DNA of 64,000 bases from Eledone cirrhosa. Lineage: Eukaryota. Within the stretch, counting starts at the first letter, position 1. Each line of letters opens with the position of its first letter. The notes below the pieces were generated by a model, which was given only the letters and a program-made list of their open reading frames with translations, had not been told where the DNA came from and did no database searches. The position numbers and the translations under genes are program-made. The stretch is taken from assembly GCA_964016885.1 (NCBI GenBank), contig OZ024752.1, positions 36,394,001-36,458,000 of the forward strand. Direction: 5' to 3'. Below are positions 61,277-64,000 of this stretch, one piece after another.

Positions 61277-61401
61277 TTTCTTTTAGTACCATCTGAACGT
61301 TGATAAGAATTCAAAAAGGCTAATTTCTGCATGTCTTTTTCATCTAACATTGACTTATTTTTATCGTTTAAAAGGTTGCGTATCATTTCAATTAGGTTCT
61401 C
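61277..61401 (-). CDS. RACGAP1: RACGAP1 exon (ENLIEMIRNLL...KLAFLNSY...)
   Basis: E..I..IR..L and LAFLN motifs; TTCAG/GTATGT; phase 0/2. Confidence 0.92.
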
Positions 61402-61579
61402 CTGAAAAGATAAAACAACAGACAAGTTATTTGAATGTCAAAAGATAATTACATTCACAGTAACAAGCGTTTACTTGCACTCCCTTCATCTTAAAAGATA
61501 ACAGCTGGCAACAATTATTTCCTTCAAGCAATGCCTTTGATAGAGCAGAAGAACCTCCTAACAAAGCTGCTTGGCTGTA

Positions 61580-61917
61580 GTCGTTATGTTGGTACCACCA
61601 CAAACTAAACCCATTAAACTCTGTAAAGTGGTTATGCTGGTACCACAAAATAAACCCATTAAACTCTGTAAAGTTGTTATGTTGGTATCACAAAATATAT
61701 CCATTAAACTCTGTAAAGTGGTTATGCTGGTACCACAAAATAAACCCATTAAACTCTGTAAAGTTGTTATGTTGGTATCACAAAATATATCCATTAAACT
61801 CTGTAAAGTGGTTATGCTGGTACCACAAAATATATCCATTAAACTCTGTAAAGTGGTTATGCTGGTACCACAAAATATATCCATTACACTCTGTAAAGTG
61901 GTTATGCTGGTACCAAA
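61580..61917. repeat. 45-bp tandem repeat, ~7.5 copies, SINE-body related
   Basis: CTCTGTAAAGTGGTTATGCTGGTACCACAAAATATATCCATTAAA. Confidence 0.9.
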
Positions 61918-61971
61918 ACATAGTCTAAGCAGTTAGAAAGTTTCAAATATTTAATAAAAATATCAACTCAC

Positions 61972-62032
61972 CAATGTTACACGGTCATTTTCTACTTTTG
62001 ATCGCTTTTGAAATTCAAATTTGATTTGGTTT
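61972..62032 (-). CDS. RACGAP1: RACGAP1 exon (NQIKFEFQKRSKVENDRVTL)
   Basis: Continues LKHAR-NQ; TGCAG/GTGAGT; phase 2/0. Confidence 0.92.
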
Positions 62033-62589
62033 CTGCAGGGGGAAAAAAAACAAAAAAAAAAACAAACTAAGAAATTCTTCAGTCAGGACCTTATTCTCAC
62101 TTTAATATTTTTATTCCTCTGTTCTTCCATTCGCTACTTAAAAAAAAAAAATTAAATGGTAGGCTGCATTACTAGAAGTTAGTCTGTTATAGAGACCTTG
62201 TATTGTTATATTGACTGTATACTCGAATATAAGCTGATCCCTCTATTTTATGGCATGTTACAAATGAAATTTACCCAAGATAACAACTACAATTACTCAG
62301 ACGATTACGATTTTCAGGACCTTGCTGGAGAAGTAAGCAGGAAGTTATACACAAGCTACTATTGTGGGAACCAACTCATGGGTGAAGCAGTACCTGCTTG
62401 AACATTCATTGATCAACTCTCAGGTGATACAACCTCAGTAGGGAGCAGTTGGTAGGAGCAATGGAAAATTGTGAAGAGACTTTGTCAGGAATGTTTGGTT
62501 GTGGTTGCAATGATGATGAAAATATACAAACCGCCTCTAAATCAAACAGAACAGTCAACATACTCTTACAACATTACATGTATGTAAGG

Positions 62590-63135
62590 TTCTAAGAGAA
62601 ATTCAACCAGTCCTGTGTGTACAATTTTACACATAGCAGGGTGCTCAAAGTCAACAAAAACTATGGAAGAGGAAGACCTAGGAAACCTTGAGATGAAGTG
62701 ATAAAAGCTGACCTTGCACATTTAAACCTTTCAGAGATAGCACAGGATTGAGGTCTCTGGTGTTATGCTGTACTGCAGAAGACCCACCACCTCCCCATGT
62801 ACACAGGATGAAACAAATGTAGAGGACACTAGTCTGCACCAATCTTCTCACTCCCCCCGCTTATCAGCTACATATTTCATTTGCTTCCCCATTATGCTGC
62901 TGCTTTGACAAAAAAACTAAGTCCACTCTAAGGTGGTTGTTGTTTTGGTGCCACAATAAAAAGGACCCACTTCATACTGCAACATAGGAAGGGCATCCAA
63001 CTATAGAAACGAAGCCAAAATACAGATTTGTATGAGCAAGACATGGTTACCAGACCAGACTAGTCTCATAATATGACAACCCATCAAACCCATGCAAGTG
63101 AGGGAAAGTGGATGTTAAACGATGAGGATGATGGT
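62590..63135 (+). mobile_element. Degenerate RTE 3' end + SINE-like composite (unexpanded homologue of 810-1745)
   Basis: GGAAGAGGAAGACCTAGGAAA (GRGRPRK) then sequence colinear with 810-1080 and 1540-1745. Confidence 0.7.
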
Positions 63136-63247
63136 GCTGATGATAAAATTGTACTTAAATCTAACAATGGTGCATAAAAATAAAAGCAATTAAAAGAAAC
63201 TGCTTTATAAAGTGCAAGAAGTGTCAATATTTTATTTAAAACCTTAC

Positions 63248-63389
63248 CGTGCATGCTTTAACTCAGTTTCCAAAGTAGCTTTCTGTTGATTAGTTTTACG
63301 GAGTTCCTCTCGTAATTTTACTATTTCTTTCTCAGCAGCAAACCATTTTGTAAAAGCTTTTTCAACATTACTAACAAAAGTTTGGAATT
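63248..63389 (-). CDS. RACGAP1: RACGAP1 coiled-coil exon (EFQTFVSNVEKAFTKW...LETELKHAR); first coding exon lies beyond the window
   Basis: KW...L...LKHAR motif; CTTAG/GTAAGG; phase 1/2. Confidence 0.93.
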
Positions 63390-64000
63390 CTAAGTTAAAA
63401 TACAGAGGTAAAAAAAAAAAAAGATTTTTTTTAACATGCCAAGTAAAAAACGGTTTTAATATTTTGAAAGAAATAACTGGGTTGTTACAAAACAATGTGG
63501 GAATTAATATTCATCTCTGCTATATTAATCTCTAATCGTCCTATGGACGTGTTGGTATAAATGTTATTTAATAGATTCTGAAGAGCACAGCAATAATGGT
63601 AAAGTGGTTATGTATCATGACAAAAAACACCCAGCCTACACTGTATCTCCTGCTGGTTGGTTTTGCCCATAAAACCTACCTAGTGATTCTTTCCTGAGAT
63701 ATTCTAACCACATGTCTATAATATCTGAGCTGTGATCTTACAAATCAGAGAAGTAGCTGCTCTACTTGGAGTGACTACAAGCTACGCACTGATTGAGTAA
63801 AGTTACTCCAAAGACCCTTCGGAGGAACCCCCATTTCGGCTGCTTGTATTCTTTGAGTTATTACCCAAGATTCATGACTATAGGTAAGGGTTTGCACAAA
63901 TACCGAATTGAAGCTGATGCTAAAGTGAGCACTTCTAGAATAAAGGTTATAGTGTATCCAAGAGTTAATAAAATACTTTTATTTGAAAATCTGTACAACC

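Overview
AT-rich, repeat-dense eukaryotic (metazoan) genomic DNA. The SINE/RTE/microsatellite content resembles coleoid cephalopod (octopus-like) genomes, which is an inference. Two convergent, intron-rich genes were reconstructed by hand from splice sites and reading-frame phase. (1) + strand: the last four coding exons (29754-32670) of a GLCCI1/FAM117-family gene. (2) - strand: 18 coding exons (63389->45205) of RACGAP1/MgcRacGAP (coiled coil, C1, RhoGAP with arginine finger), whose last intron needs a GC donor. The first ~29.7 kb, probably one giant FAM117 intron, holds six tandem arrays, including a 21.4-kb, ~274-copy 78-bp satellite with no net indel. Its monomer is the 3'-terminal stem-loop plus tail shared by the local RTE LINE and its SINEs. 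Several other arrays are likewise expansions inside retroelements (CR1-type ORF2 end, SINE bodies). Also present: RTE LINE 3' fragments, two tRNA-derived SINE families, a TTAA/CCC piggyBac-type MITE family, a Penelope-like remnant, and a palindrome cluster resembling a hammerhead ribozyme lacking its CUGANGA box. Most ORFs in the supplied track are repeat artefacts.
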